Positions 39,096-54,269 of a stretch of 64,000 nucleotides of DNA are shown here, in pieces. The position numbers were made by a program, and so were the translations under genes. Origin of the DNA: Paraphysomonas bandaiensis. Its lineage: Eukaryota > Protista > Chrysophyceae. Under the pieces are notes generated by a model. It searched no databases. It saw only the letters and a program-made list of their open reading frames with translations, and was not told where the DNA came from. The stretch is from positions 104,691 through 168,690 of the forward strand of contig CBFFRP010000167.1 in NCBI GenBank assembly GCA_965644295.1, written 5' to 3'. Numbering within the stretch: position 1 is the stretch's first letter; every line of letters begins with the position of its first letter.

Positions 39096-42000
39096 CTATC
39101 TTAAGCGTTTAATATTGAAGCTTTCCATACTTGCTGCAGGGTGAGATACGTAAAAATTTAGTTTGAATTGACATGCAGTTGGTTTAAAAGTGGATGGCAC
39201 AATCGCATATTGACCTGCTACAAGTTCAATACTTTGTAATGAGGCTCCTGTCGGTCGAACAACATACTTTCCATCATTACTAGATGCCAAAGCAGTCTTC
39301 GAGCTGCAAGTACTATTCAAAACAAATTGTTTGGGAGTGTCGGAATCTACTTCGGTATCATCAGGTGTCGTTTCCGTATCAGATTTCCTTTGGAGTTCCG
39401 ATGAAGGTACATCGCTACGCTGCAAACATTGTGCTGCATCGAATAGAGCGAGGTGCAATCCGACATTGGAAGCTTCTGACCTTGTGGATATTACTGTAAG
39501 TCGACACGAAAGAGTCGCTGAAACAGGTAACTGCAAATACGTAGAATTAGTGTATATAATATACATTATATGAACAATGTACCGTGACGAGATATATAGG
39601 ATTATTTTTGTATTGTCCGTAGTTAGAGCATCCAGCAGCCGTTCCATCATCCTGGGAGTACCAGTAATCGCAGGAAAACTATATTCTGTATTAATACCTG
39701 ACGCCATTCTCCACTATGAGATATATTCTGCATCTTATACCCCTCTGGAGCAATCTAACAATCAAGCACGATATGACATGACGATGCATTATAACAAGGC
39801 ATTCACCTCACTAACGCTGAAATACTTCTTGTTAAAGGAGGGCACTTGACTTGCACCAGCTTTAGTAGCGAACGTCAAAACAAATGGTCCCCGAGAAGTA
39901 TTAGAGAAAGTGGATATAACCACAATGTATTCTCCTGTTAGACAAAACATTAGAGACGAGATGACATTATATGTCATGGTTCTATACTCGACCTGGTGCC
40001 AATATATCCATAGCACAGTAGCAGAATCCAGACCTGAAATGGAGTCAAATAAAGAAGTAACAGGGGTGTACATTACTTGTAGTTCCCCGACGTCATCACT
40101 TCCGAAGCATCACTGACGATGCAATCGATGCGCCCACATGATTGCGATTCCTCAGTTTCATTGCTTTTTCTAGGGCTGTTTATTCTCGGATCAATAACAG
40201 ATATGCTGGCACTGATCTGATTAAATATACTCAGCACATTTTTACTAGAAGTAGACAATAATAACCTCTTTGGGAAACATAGCATGAATATGCATGTCCA
40301 AGCCCTTCTTGCCATTGATACGCAATCTACGAGTTCAAGGGGACGACATGAAATATTTATCGTAACATGGCCCCTACTACTATACCGATATTGGGGATTT
40401 AAGTAAAAGAACTCGCTGCTTGTATTTCCTCCAGCGTTACTTTCAGTCCACTCGCCATGAATAGTGAGCTGTATTTATCACCTCAAATGCTAATAATACT
40501 ACTGTACTGGTACCTGATTTTGAGGTAGCGGGGGGCATGGAGTACACGTAAACGGAAGTCTTGTAGAGTACACCGAGAGTGTGAAGTTAATATCTTTCTT
40601 TTTGTCATTCTGTGATAGCACCAGTGTATACTCAATAGGCTGAAAAAATATTACACAGGTCGTCTCGATCACAATACAAGCACCTTTCCATGGGGATATT
40701 CCAGGGTTTTCTCGGTACTATCTTCAGTTGTGATATCTATGCGAGTGAGAATATGGGGGTCGCTTGAGTAAACTCCCTTCACATAAGGAGTCGTGGGAGC
40801 GTAAATGCGCTTGCCTCCCCTGCGACGATACATTAAGTTTTAAGCACCAGATTATATAAAATCACCTGTACACATGCAGTGTTAAAAAAATTTCTTTATC
40901 TGGGTCAGATGAACATTCCTCTACTGTCGATGTGATATGCCGGCTGAGAAGAACCCAGACTGTGGACGAATCTGCAGAGGGTATACCACTCTATTCACAG
41001 AAGCGTAAAACTATGAGGTATACAAAAACTAGATGAAATGTATTACCTGTGGGGCGGTATGACTGCCGTTTAAACACAGGTGATATTGAGGAGAAGCCCC
41101 AACGTAATACGTATCCTTACGTGGTCCCTGGGACAAAGGCCAGTGTCCATGCAAAGTAGAGCGGAATAGAAACAGTGCCGGGTTCCCTGCAAATAAGTAA
41201 GATAAAGTAGAAAGGCTTGCATTTACGATTGCGTACAATTTAAAAAAAAACTATCAAACACCTTTCTACAGTCAGAAAACTCAATCCAAAATATCCCATG
41301 GTCGTTCAACTTCTGAAAGTTTTCTACTGACACTCCTAGGGCCTTACTGAGATCTGGAGACCAGTGATCCGCCGAAGAATATCTACCTCGCCAGGCCTGT
41401 CTTGCCCATGGGTTCTTCACCTGCATCATTCTCAAGTTTCCAGATACCTTTACATCCAGCACAGCGTATGCGTGCCCTGGCACTAAGCCTGTAGCTTCTT
41501 CCTCTTCCGGAGAGAGATTTCCGGTTGATATTGTTATCAAACAGTCACCAAACTGATGCGCACTCAGTATTCGTTGCCAGGCCCTGTCTTCGGACTGTCT
41601 AAAATCCGATGACGGATACTCCGAATTGCGTGCACTTTTGGAATCCTCCTCGAAAAACACATGCTCAGGTATCCACCCCGTTAGTGCATGCAAGTCAATA
41701 CCGGAGTTTGAACCAGGAAAATCATATCCACCGTTAACTTTCATGTAAGCTTTCTCTATAAGGCTCACCCAGAATTCCTCAGGATCCCTGGAGGCAGAGC
41801 AGAGAAGTCGCCTGTTGCGTTTGCAGACCGGCAGTCTATCGTCAATTACAACTTTGCGGAACACTCCATTTAGAAAAAGCTTTACAATATACTTTCCCGT
41901 AGAACTAATGATGGGAACCCCATGTTCATTCTGTGGGTATATAATCGAAGTGATTAATTTTCGGTTGTGACGAGCTTCATATGCGGAGGCGATACAGAGG

Positions 42001-42833
42001 GAGCAAACGAATGAGCAATCTGCAACTAAGTCCTGTGTAATCCAAAGAGGGCTCACACGACGAATCATCACAGGTGATCCATTGGGCCCAACGATGTCAG
42101 CCAGACGGCGATACTCAGCGACGTGGCGAATCTGTGACTCAGAGAGTGATGGTAACCCATCTGGGTCTTCATAAAGCCTTGAACCTGAAAATACCTCCCT
42201 CTTTTCATCATCCATCCACGGCAGAAACCATTTGCCATTGATAGTACTCGATGCGCGCAATATGTACTTCTCTTCGTCACTGAAACTCTCCGAGGTTGCT
42301 GGAGTAACATGTGCCGCAATGTTTGGCGGCGCAGATGGACTAGCTAGAGCAGATTTAGTCTCCAAATTATCAGCGGAAGAATCACAACTAGTACTTATCT
42401 CAACTGCAGTCATCGCCTTTATCACAGTCGCCCTGTCTAGTATCGATGCCACCCTCTTTCTTAGTGTTTCATTATCTCTTTTTCTCAACGCTTCCATGTG
42501 ATAATCGACTGCTTGTGTATATAATTTGACAGTATTGGTCGAGCGGTCACCTCGTTCGTCTAAACTCAGAGCCTTCTCTAACGCCATATCTCCTTGACGA
42601 ACCAGCTCAACACACGACTCAAGTACACTCACATCTGACTTATACAGTTGTATTTTACTGTGTATAAGGTTTCTTTTATCATAATCGCATTCCATCTGAA
42701 TAATAGAACTAAACTCCTTAAGAGCCCTCTGATAGTGATCAACAGACTCTCTCCAGTGAAAAGATCGATCAAGATCAGTGGCTGTCTTGAGACTTGAGAA
42801 GGCGGCATCATATCGAGCCGATAGAGAGGCCAT
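39096..42833 (-). CDS. CAPN7: Calpain-7/PalB-like protease (two MIT domains, CysPc, calpain III domains), multi-exon
   Basis: QDLVADCSF (catalytic Cys), LIEKAYMKVNGGYDFPGSNSGIDLHALTGWIPE, GHAYAVL, KNPW; C-terminal YAIVPSTF. Confidence 0.92.
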
Positions 42834-43370
42834 AGCTCAGTTTATTCTTAGTACAGTGTGTTGTTCATGTTGACATACAGACATACGGAGCGATCTATTG
42901 CTATCTCCTCATACAGTGTATAGAGCATACCGAGAGCGGTATATCATACTACAGTATGTAGACAGACAGTAGGACCCTATACATACATACATACACCAGG
43001 CATGGTACAGCAGTACATATGCTGCACATATCAGCGTCTGCTCTGTACACGAATGGTACAGCAGTGTATTGACATTGTATTGACATCCGTACTCGTCCAG
43101 CACTCTGGAAGTACGGTATTCGGTATTCCCATCTCAACACATGCATCTTTCATCCTAGAATCAAGAAATATCCCCACCTGCTGCTGGTGATGAAGAGTCA
43201 TCCAATCAATGATGCACAAACAGCAACTTCATCCGTCACCAAAACATATGTGCAAATACATGGAGAGCGATTTCCACCACTGATCTGATGAGAGCCGCAC
43301 ACTCACTCAGATAAATACACACACATCTCTGTCATTATTTCACATCTGAGCAAACACACTTCAGCACTAA

Positions 43371-44439
<1,069 letters not shown>

Positions 44440-46039
44440 TTACATTTAATTAGTCAAGAAACTGCAGTTTTGATTATTGTGCACGCGGTTTCTAAAACGC
44501 GAGTTTTGAATGTGCTTTCGCAGGTAATGCCGAATTGGCATTACAAGGTTTTGGGAATAATTTTTGCTTTTCTGTTGTAATATTGTCGTTGGTAGTTGTT
44601 GTAATATTTGTCGAGATTGTTGTTTAACATAAAACAGTTTGGTCAAATAATTTACTTGAAATCCGATCTTGCAGTGTAGGGTTAGGGTTCTATTTTACTG
44701 TGTCTTGATATATTTCCACTACTAAGATAAACCGTCTAACCAGATAGTCAACAGCCCTTACTGTGTATGTACCAGGGCTAGGGAACAATATATTGCTATA
44801 TATGTACTATGTACACTATCTTAACTTCTATGTGAGTCACATAATGTGACAAACTTATACACGAAATGATGTTACTTTATTGTTTATAGGTATTGTCATC
44901 TGCCAATACACTTTTCGATATTATGGCTAGAGAGTCTCTAGTAGAGACCAACTTGAGATGAGACCTAAAGCATAGTAGTGCTATATTGTGATGCAAGCGA
45001 TGCTGAGATGTTGAGTCCTGCTAAAAATGAGAACAATAATTGAGTGTTGTAAGCTGTGGCAATAACGTATTTAAACATTTAAACTAAAGCAGTATACATT
45101 TGTAGTAATCGTACTATGAGAATAAATGACGATAAGTATATGATAGTGAAACGGAATATAGTGACTAAGTAAGATCGTACAAGAAATGAGTGGTAGTAGC
45201 GACAACATGAAATTGGTGATTGGTAGGAGATATTGATTATAATTTATAATTCTCAGTATTGAGTAGAAGTTTACCTCAGTTGTTATGTTAATACTTCTCA
45301 TAAAATGTCAAACTTTGATAAGCAAGAGAAGCACTAAAAGCTAGAAATCAAAGTAGAAGACAGCGAACAACACATAAAATGAACCCAGTAAACTCGTATT
45401 ACAGCTGTAATATATATACAGGCAAGTATGTGGAATGCATTCGGTGAATAACAGCGATGTGGCAAGAAAGTATATAGTATATAGTATATAACGACATCTT
45501 CAGTCTCTAAAAGTAGCTTACTGGAAGACTAGAACCAGATGAAAGGTTCATAAATCAATCAACTGCAATGTCTGCTCACATCAATTTAACATTTACATAT
45601 ACATAATGCATATATATGGCAAGCAACAAACGTTTGACGTAATTCCCTATGTCGAGTAACAGGAGCAGAACGTAACCTGTAATCAACACGTCGTCGCTCA
45701 CTAAGTCTTCAATATTTGATTAGTTATGGATAGAGGTCTAAGTAGTCTGTCTAGCATTCAACTAGCCACTACATTGGTGCAGATTTTTAACGCCTACTGC
45801 TAAATAATAAGACTTTCAATAAATATATTAGAAATTGCCGTTAAATGACCACGGGTGTAGGTGTACACTATAAATCTTACTACATCACGAGCTATACGCC
45901 AAATATAAATATATTTCGGTAACTCCACAACACCAACCTATGGCATATAGCTACTACATATATAATTACTCTTGGCAGTATTGTGTCAAGTGTAAACCTT
46001 CAGCTTGATTATTCCTTATGGAAACATTGCTGCCCACTT

Positions 46040-47680
46040 TTAATCAGAAAACAATTTGCGAATCATCACATCCATCCAAGGTATGAAGAAATCACACTCA
46101 TCCTTCCTAACACCGTGCAACTCATCAATCTGCATAGGTCCATGCAAGGCTAGCAAATTGTCATCGTCCAAGTCGTAAGCCCTCCACAGAGGCAATGTAT
46201 GTGAAGAGTTAGGGACGTTATGGCCGTTAGGAGAACCGTTTTGTTCAATAAACGCTCCCCAATATCCCGCCATTATATCTGCCATATCGCTATCAGTATC
46301 TGACGCCATGTAGCTGTTGTCGTGGAAAACAAACGGAATTTCATTGGTGTGCTGAACAAAAGGAACGCTGCTGCCATCTGCCAAGTAGTCAAACCAATAC
46401 AAATAGCTTCCATATTTACGCTGTTCTTCTTTCTGCTTCAATGCTATCTGCTGAGAACCATACTTCGCTCCACAGTAAAAGTCTGCATCAGCAAGAGCGC
46501 GTTGACCCGCCCACCAATACAGACTCGGTACTTGTCCATCCACTGAAACATAAGGGTACGATGACTCATTCTTTCCCCGTACATAAAGATCCAACAGTGA
46601 ATTTATTTCAGTAAGGGTGAAATATGTGCTCCAGTACGCCACCAACCCTGCCTCCTGCACATTATATGAAAGTGGAAGGAACATGCTTCCTTCATCTGTA
46701 TTGGTGCCATGCAACACCGTCACGTCTGCAAGATTTCCTGCAGAAGCAGCTATCCAAGGGTGGGTCAAGAGCTCAATACCATCAACTGTAGGGTTATAGG
46801 GTGTACCATAATACACACTAGAAGAAGTGATATCCAATGAAGCGTTGTATATAGTCTGCGTAGGGAGGGCCAATAGGCATTCTAGGGTATCACATTGTAC
46901 CTCTTGTAATAGCGATGCAAAAGCATCTTCTGCAACCCACATTGGCTGTGTAATCCACATGATAAAACTCCCTGATTCCATGATTGCGGAGGAAAAATAA
47001 GGGGTAGATCGAGGCATTGCGAGGTGGTTGGATACACTCCCAGCCCCTGCAGACTCTCCAAAAATCATCACCTGTTGCGGATCTCCCCCAAATGCACGGA
47101 TATTCTCATGAATCCAAATAAGAGCCTGTCGCTGGTCTTGCAAACCATAGTTACCAGTGCTACCATCTCCTTTGTCATGCTTTCTTAGCACAGCAGATCC
47201 ACTGAATCCAAATACATTGAGGCGGTAATTCATAGAAACCACAATGGCGCTACCGAGCCAAAAATTGACAAAGTCACTGCCTTCGATATCATTTCCCATT
47301 CCTGACATATAGCTTCCTCCATGAATGTACACTGCCACTGGTAACTTTCCCCCCGTGTTGTGCAGTCTAGTGGAGTCCACCCATACATTAAGAAACAAAC
47401 AGTCCTCACTGCCCATTTCAACGCCATCAAAATAAGTCTGTTTACAGGGGCTACCATATTCAGTAGCATCCAGTACGGTATGTGGGTCTGGATTAGTCCA
47501 TGGTTGAGGAGGAGCCCAGCGTAGATCGTCGACAGGAGCAGCAGCATAGGGCACTCCTTTAAATGCCGTTACACCGGCACTTGTGTGGACTCCCTGTAGC
47601 TGTGTGCCATCAGGTAACACAACTATATCTGACCCAACTGCTGAGTGGGTTACTAGTAGATATATAAGGGCTGTAAGCAT
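46040..47680 (-). CDS. Secreted type-B carboxylesterase/cholinesterase-like
   Basis: Signal peptide, SEDCLFLNVW, IHGGSY, FGESAG nucleophile motif, GTNTDEG, HTNE. Confidence 0.93.
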   Translation of the reverse strand: MLTALIYLLVTHSAVGSDIVVLPDGTQLQGVHTSAGVTAFKGVPYAAAPVDDLRWAPPQPWTNPDPHTVLDATEYGSPCKQTYFDGVEMGSEDCLFLNVWVDSTRLHNTGGKLPVAVYIHGGSYMSGMGNDIEGSDFVNFWLGSAIVVSMNYRLNVFGFSGSAVLRKHDKGDGSTGNYGLQDQRQALIWIHENIRAFGGDPQQVMIFGESAGAGSVSNHLAMPRSTPYFSSAIMESGSFIMWITQPMWVAEDAFASLLQEVQCDTLECLLALPTQTIYNASLDITSSSVYYGTPYNPTVDGIELLTHPWIAASAGNLADVTVLHGTNTDEGSMFLPLSYNVQEAGLVAYWSTYFTLTEINSLLDLYVRGKNESSYPYVSVDGQVPSLYWWAGQRALADADFYCGAKYGSQQIALKQKEEQRKYGSYLYWFDYLADGSSVPFVQHTNEIPFVFHDNSYMASDTDSDMADIMAGYWGAFIEQNGSPNGHNVPNSSHTLPLWRAYDLDDDNLLALHGPMQIDELHGVRKDECDFFIPWMDVMIRKLFSD

Positions 47681-48137
47681 ATTGTCGGGGTGGGAATGCT
47701 GTTAATGTTCTCGCTATATGCATACATACACATCTACAGGCAGGTCTCGACTCCTCCGTGGAGGTGTACACACACCATATAGATATACGATATACTGCAT
47801 TGCGTACACCGCCGTATATATATGTATACCGTATACCAGTGCAGTTCATACTCCACTATGTATGTATGTATTCATGTATTCCTGTATTCCTGTTGCTGGT
47901 GTGTATGCATAGAGGTGATGTACAGCAGTAGATGGATGCAGGAGATGGATATGCAGGGGGCATAAGTTAAGTTAGATTCTACCAACTACTTCTTCATATT
48001 AATCCATTCATCATACTGTGCTATCGATGTACTGCGAATGCGTGAACTGAGTAAACATACGTCATTTATGAGGCACACTGTGCGCTTTTAATACGTTAGT
48101 ATTGATTGCACCTGTAACCTGTCAGGTTAGAGTAACG

Positions 48138-48770
48138 ATGAAAAGATTCAATAGTTCTAGTTTTTTGCAACGTGGAATTAAGGTGGCTAATCAGCCTCGC
48201 TTAGTCTTGATTGCGGGTTGTACTGGTACAGGGAAGAGTACATTGGGTATGAATATTGCCTTGTCAGAGGGAATATTAAAGTGTGTATCAACGGACACCA
48301 TTCGTCAGGTTGTTCGTTCGTTTGACAGCAGTGATGCAGTTCATAGATCAAGCTATTCAGGCACTGGTGATGCTGTTGCTCAGTGGCTGGAAGCTTCTCG
48401 CGCGCTCAACCCTGCCATTACATCTATTGTTAACGATGCCAGCAATCGGCGAAACTCATTAGTTCTGGAGGGTGTACACATCGTTCCATCTAATGACATA
48501 CTGACACCGTGGAGGGAACAATGGGGACAAGCTCTTGGCATTCTTCTAATAATTTCGAATCCTGATGCTCATAGAGATGTACTCTATAAACGTGGGAAAA
48601 TGTCTGGGAAAGGCGCCAGTACCCAATTAGAAGCATTTAATCGAATAAGAACTATACAGGAGAATATGATTGAACGTGCAATTACGAGTGAGTGGTTAAT
48701 AGTAGAGCAACAGCTTCAGCCCGATCCTGTTAGCATTGTACATCAGTATTTTCAGCGGCAAGCGTCATAG
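48138..48770 (+). CDS. 2-phosphoglycerate-kinase-like P-loop NTPase (start uncertain)
   Basis: LVLIAGCTGTGKST, VSTDTIRQVVR, SLVLEGVHIVP, FNRIRTIQ. Confidence 0.75.
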   Translation: MKRFNSSSFLQRGIKVANQPRLVLIAGCTGTGKSTLGMNIALSEGILKCVSTDTIRQVVRSFDSSDAVHRSSYSGTGDAVAQWLEASRALNPAITSIVNDASNRRNSLVLEGVHIVPSNDILTPWREQWGQALGILLIISNPDAHRDVLYKRGKMSGKGASTQLEAFNRIRTIQENMIERAITSEWLIVEQQLQPDPVSIVHQYFQRQAS

Positions 48771-49492
48771 GCAGGCGAATATACCGAGGGTACTGAGCCT
48801 GTCCTGATGTCCAGATATATTTATTTGTCGCTTAGTACGTTAGACGAATTATTTATGTTAACATATCATCTGTACGGCTAATAAGGAGGCTGTATCGTCC
48901 CGTGCTAAAAATTTGAAATAAAGGCGAAAGCAAATAAAAAATGAAAGTATTGCTTCAAATGAATGGATGAATTCAAATCGTTATATTGAACTTAATTTAG
49001 GTCAAAAAGACTATTTTTGAGATAGAATGGGGATATAGTTATATATTGGTATGCTACTTACTACTTAATGTATCTGAATCTGAGATAGCTTTTTTCGCAC
49101 ATCTATGAGCTGTTATGTTGTTTCTGTCCAATCCAATTCATCGAACACATTCAAAAACACTATGAATTAAGTCGCATATGCAGCGAAAAAGTAAGTACAG
49201 TTCGAGTGCTTTTACTGGGTAATGATATCCTCATACTGTCGTTAATATGCAATATGCTTACATCGATTCCTCCTTATAAGTTATATTGGATAACACTGTA
49301 ATCAATACTACAGAGATACGTCATATTGCAACGAATAATACTGAAAAATCATAAACACAGTATTAATACCTACAGAAGTAAGTAGCAATATAAAACGTGT
49401 AAGTTCGTCTCTGCATGACACAATAATATCAATATTTAAATCAGAAAAAACGTCTGTATAACGTTCTTTCAGGCGTAAGCCAGATACGGACA

Positions 49493-50062
49493 CTAACATG
49501 CGGTGTCTTCTTCGTCTTGAGAATCCAAAGCTAGTTTGGCGATCAAACTTAAATCCTCAGCAACCACCTGAGCGGCCACATCACTGATATCAGAGTTAAA
49601 GAAGCTTCCACCTCTACGGTGGCTTTTGTAGTCCGGGTGACGGGGATTGAAGTCATCGTATTCGTCAAAAGAACTAGACTCCAAATGCTTCTCGATTACA
49701 AAAACTTCTTCACTCTCCTGCGAAGCACAGTCTGAGAGTGTACCCATCAGAACACTGCCACTAGGGTCCAGTAGCGCTTCCCGGTCACTGACACCGACAA
49801 TTAATCGATACAGCATAACGCGCAACGCTCCTAGAGTGGGGCGGCTGAGATCTAGAAACTGAGGGTCTAACTTCGATGTTCGTGGGTCTTTATTAATGAG
49901 TTGCTGGGCTACATCAGAGCTCAAAACAAGTCTAGAAAATCGTTTTGATGATGCTGAGAGTGATAATATATCTGAGAGTTCACAGTATTGCCAAATGAGA
50001 GGGAGCCAGGGTGACTGTTGTCCTGAATCTGATGTGATGATGCTTGAAAGTTGAGGCACCAT
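49493..50062 (-). CDS. Small protein with F-box-like N-terminal motif
   Basis: WLPLIWQYCELSDILSLSASSKRFSRLV resembles the F-box pattern. Confidence 0.5.
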   Translation of the reverse strand: MVPQLSSIITSDSGQQSPWLPLIWQYCELSDILSLSASSKRFSRLVLSSDVAQQLINKDPRTSKLDPQFLDLSRPTLGALRVMLYRLIVGVSDREALLDPSGSVLMGTLSDCASQESEEVFVIEKHLESSSFDEYDDFNPRHPDYKSHRRGGSFFNSDISDVAAQVVAEDLSLIAKLALDSQDEEDTAC

Positions 50063-50539
50063 AGCGGTCTTCAACTACTCCTTAAAGTATAGAGCAATAA
50101 TGACGAGTCGGAGCCTGCAACTACCACTTCACTCATATGCTGTACTGTGTACTGTACTATACTATACTGCTGTACATAACACAATACAGCATACGGACAT
50201 TCCTACTGTACCAAATCACGTCACTCATACGCTGGTACGCAGTGCATGCCAACTTCCACTTCTAGTTCCCTTGTAACTATACCATCGAATACAGGGTTAT
50301 ACAGTGCCGTATGACCGGGTCCCGTGTACTGACTCAACTGTGTAGTCGGGTATGTATGCTGCTGTATGCAGTGTGTATGTATGTATGTACGTATATTGGC
50401 TCGACAGTTGTGATGATATGAATCCATACACTCTCCATGTACGCAGATCTCTCTGTGATCTATGCTCACACATATACATATACGGCAACCCTCTGCCACT
50501 CCAACAGAGATGTTAGTACAGTCTTATTAACATCTGACT

Positions 50540-53500
50540 ATGTTTTGCGAGAACGCTCTAACGGTCTATCCGATAGAGCACTTCGTATTCCCTCATGATG
50601 TGGGCATAGTGAAGATCGTAATAGGGATGCTATACATCGTTATGTCATGCATCACTGTCTTCTGGATACATCATCAAGAGAGGGTTGCTCGACGAGGTGA
50701 TAATGAGGCGGTTCATTCCGTAATTTTTCCAATTTTCACGAAGATGATGTGGCTATCTGCGTTCAGCAGCCTCTCAGTGGGGTTCCTCATGTTGTTTGTA
50801 CCTGTAGAGGTGACCAGTTCCAATAGTGGCCTTGCCAGATGGCTGTATCCACTAGCTTGGGCATTGCAGCATGCTGTAATTGAAGGCATGGCATTTTTGT
50901 TTATGCAGAAAGGGGTAGGAAATCGGGCTGCTAAAATTGCTGGAATTTATACCCTTTCATGGTGCACCATCACCTTTATCATACAGTGTGTAGTATACTC
51001 TTATGGCGGTGTGGTTGCTATTGTAGCGCAAGTTATATGGAGCATAATGATGCTTGTGTTCTACTTGGCTCTGTGGAAACTCCCCCGCAACAAGTTATTC
51101 AGACGCCCTGCAGCCATTTCTTATGCCCAGTTCTGGTTTTACTTTCGTACTATGACCATTATATTCTTTATATTCGCGGAGTCAGGGCACGCCGTCTTGT
51201 CTCAAATAGGAGCCTGTGGGTATGTGTTTGGCCCGCTTCTGTTGTTTGCTCTGGTGCAACCACTTCTGTGCTACTGGAGTCTCCTCCAAGACAGTAGGTA
51301 AAGCATATATACTTGTACTAGTTGAATATTAATATGAATTTAGTTGGTGGCAGGGACTGACAATTTCGCAAGGTGTTCACAGGTGTAGTATAAACGCACA
51401 GCTACTTAAAGTCTGAAGTCAGGCTGATTGATATATTTTGTAGGTTATCGGAGGATTCAATGGTTTCTCCACTACTCGGTGTTGATATATCGCTATGCTC
51501 AGCACAGGCACTTGCAATGGCTATGGACAACATTAGCAGTACCACACGATTAATAAATTTTGCTCATATATATCTCGACAAGGGTGCATTACTGGGGCAG
51601 GGGTCTTTTTCAAGGGTGTACAGGTGTGCGGGAGTGATAGAAATCATTCCTCATGTATTGTGTTTTGCTTGGAAATAAAAATGGCACCATAATGGTGTAT
51701 TATTTACAATGAATTTATATATATACAAAGTTTGTTATTTTTATTTAGGGGTTCCTACAGAAAGCACCCTTGCGCCATCAAGCTAATATTCACACTAGAC
51801 CTGACACCAGGTGTTATTCGACGGGTGTGCGCGGAGGCCACTATACTCACTGCCGCTCGGGTACGTTTGGATACATCTTGCACCGCACATGATATATTTT
51901 AAGTGTTTAGTTAGAATGAATTTTGCTAACCGTTTGAGTTGATATTGTGAATATTCATCAATTAAGTCATCTTTGTTTTCAAAGTAATATGCGATGTAGA
52001 GTCCTAACGTGGTGCATATATACGGGGTATCAGTACTACCTCCGAGGTATGTGAATTTTATATTGAACTATTATTCACTAATTATGAAGTAGCGTGTGTA
52101 TTGTGTTGGAGTTGTGCTCTTTCGGATCCTTGGCAGATGTATTGCGAGGTGATGGCGAAGGACAGGAAAGGATTCCGCTACAGCTCTCGTGGAAAGACAG
52201 AATCTTCTTAGCACTAGGATGTGCAAGGTTGTTGTATACCTATGTGATAATATGGTTGTGATTGACACCATTGTAGAGGGGTAGCATCGTTGCATGGCCT
52301 TAACAAATCTGTGGTACATCGTGACATAAAGTCTTTCAATTTTTTAGGTAACAGTCTTCATGTGATCATTTTATTATTCGTCATATATGAATGATTCATT
52401 TGCATATAGTGGACTGCCAATTAAATGCCAAACTAGCCGATCTTGAGCTGGGTAACACGGACGAGACGCCATCCTTGACCGATGATGCTGATATTCAGAC
52501 AGATGATATACTGGTCAACTGGCTCGCACCAGAGGTAGTTCACAGTTATTTTGTCTATTTATTTATCGTTGGCATTGACTAGGTATGTAGGTTTTACAAG
52601 CAGCTGCATACAGTCAAGCTTCCGATGTATATGCTCTTGCATTGGTTTTGTGGGAAATAGTATCGGAAAAAATTCCGTATGAAGCCGAAGTCAATACTGG
52701 AACATCCTATAGTATTAAAAATATGGTACTAGTACATATTTGTATACATCTTACTTATATGTTCCTTTGTTGTATTGTTCTACATCATACAGGTGACGGC
52801 CGGATATCGTCCGAGTTTTCCCGCATCATGCCCTCCGGATTATCAGTATATAGTTACATCTGGGTGGTCGGCAAGCCCTCTCCAGAGACCCTCTGCACCT
52901 GGTCTGTTCTAACAGCCTGTGCTCAATTAATATTCAAGTAATATTTTTGTGTTTTTGCAGAAATGGTTTCCGCTTTGACAAATATTTGGAAATTAGCCTG
53001 CGACGAAAGTCTGTTGTTGTTGGGGGTAATAAGATCATTTTCGACCTCCCTTGGCTGATTTCTTAAACAGGCTCATAATGAAGTGATTACCTCAACTCTT
53101 GATTTTTGTGAATCTCCAATCGATGTCCGACATGTCGAAGGAAATCAGTCATCATTTATTAAGAAGGACAGCTCATGCTCTAGTGTCTCATCGTCTAAAT
53201 TTTGTTCTATTGGATCTTACGTAAGAAACAATTCGACACCTGTACATCACTCCATACCACCAAGCTCTGCCAAAAATGGTAGTGAAATCAAACACCCAAT
53301 GCCAGAGTTGCAAGAACTTTATACTAGAATTCGACAGAACGATTGTTGGAGTGCTTTAGATGAATTGAGTGATCCAGTGGTAATTGTGAGTAAGATGGAA
53401 CCTCATATCATATTGAAATGCTCTCCGGCTTTCGTTTCACTGTTGGGCTATGAAAGTAGACAGCTCTTTGGACGTACGTTGGATTGTGTTATTGATTCCC

Positions 53501-54263
53501 ACTACAGCTTTTACACAGACAGTCAAGATACACCACTTACACTATTATCCAGATTTTATACCGCACTTGGTTCGACGGGTATGGCACATATGGTAAACAA
53601 CATAGTCAATCTTGATCAACAATCTATTCAATGTTCATTTCATGGTTATGTCATTGAACGGATTGATGGTGAAGAGGAGGTGAAGGATGGGGCTACACTA
53701 GAAAGCAACCAACATAGCAGGTAGCCATTTTAATTTTCTTGTTTTAATCTTATGGTTCGTTGTTTGCGACTGAATGTTTTATTCAAGTTAATTACTTTGA
53801 TAATGTGTACTGTAGTCCAGGGCTTTCATCGACTGATACGCGGAAATCTGATTCAAGAACTAAGAGTTGGAAATCTAGATTTTCATTTCTACTGGGAAAT
53901 TCTCCTTCGATAAATAATGAGAGTGTGGCATTCTATGCAGTGTATGCGACCTGTCTACATGATTCAAGTCCTACGCAGCAAGATGAGCGTTATAGCGAGA
54001 ACCAAGAAGACAACACATTACCGAGGACAAGTGATTTATCAGCGAAGTTAAATCATATGATTAGCATCAACTCCCTTTCGAATAGAAGTAGTGATGTATG
54101 GAGTTATTTTTCCGGAGGTAGTCAAACAGAGAAAAGTATAGAACGACAAGCAACTCCGCCGGCATGTCTGAGTCCAACAGTATCAGTGTCGTTAGGAGGA
54201 AATAGCGATGACGTAGTTAACACACCCGCCCTGAAGATGCAAGGACTCGCAACTGACTGTTAA
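50540..54263 (+). CDS. 7TM receptor-like domain fused to a TKL-type protein kinase and a PAS-like domain, multi-exon
   Basis: Exon 1 has 7 hydrophobic segments. Kinase exons: LGQGSFSRVY, CAIKL, HRDIKSFNFL, KLADLELG, NWLAPE, SDVYAL. Then PVVIV...CSPAFVSLLGYESRQLFGRTL (PAS-like). Confidence 0.85.
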
Positions 54264-54269
54264 TATTAC

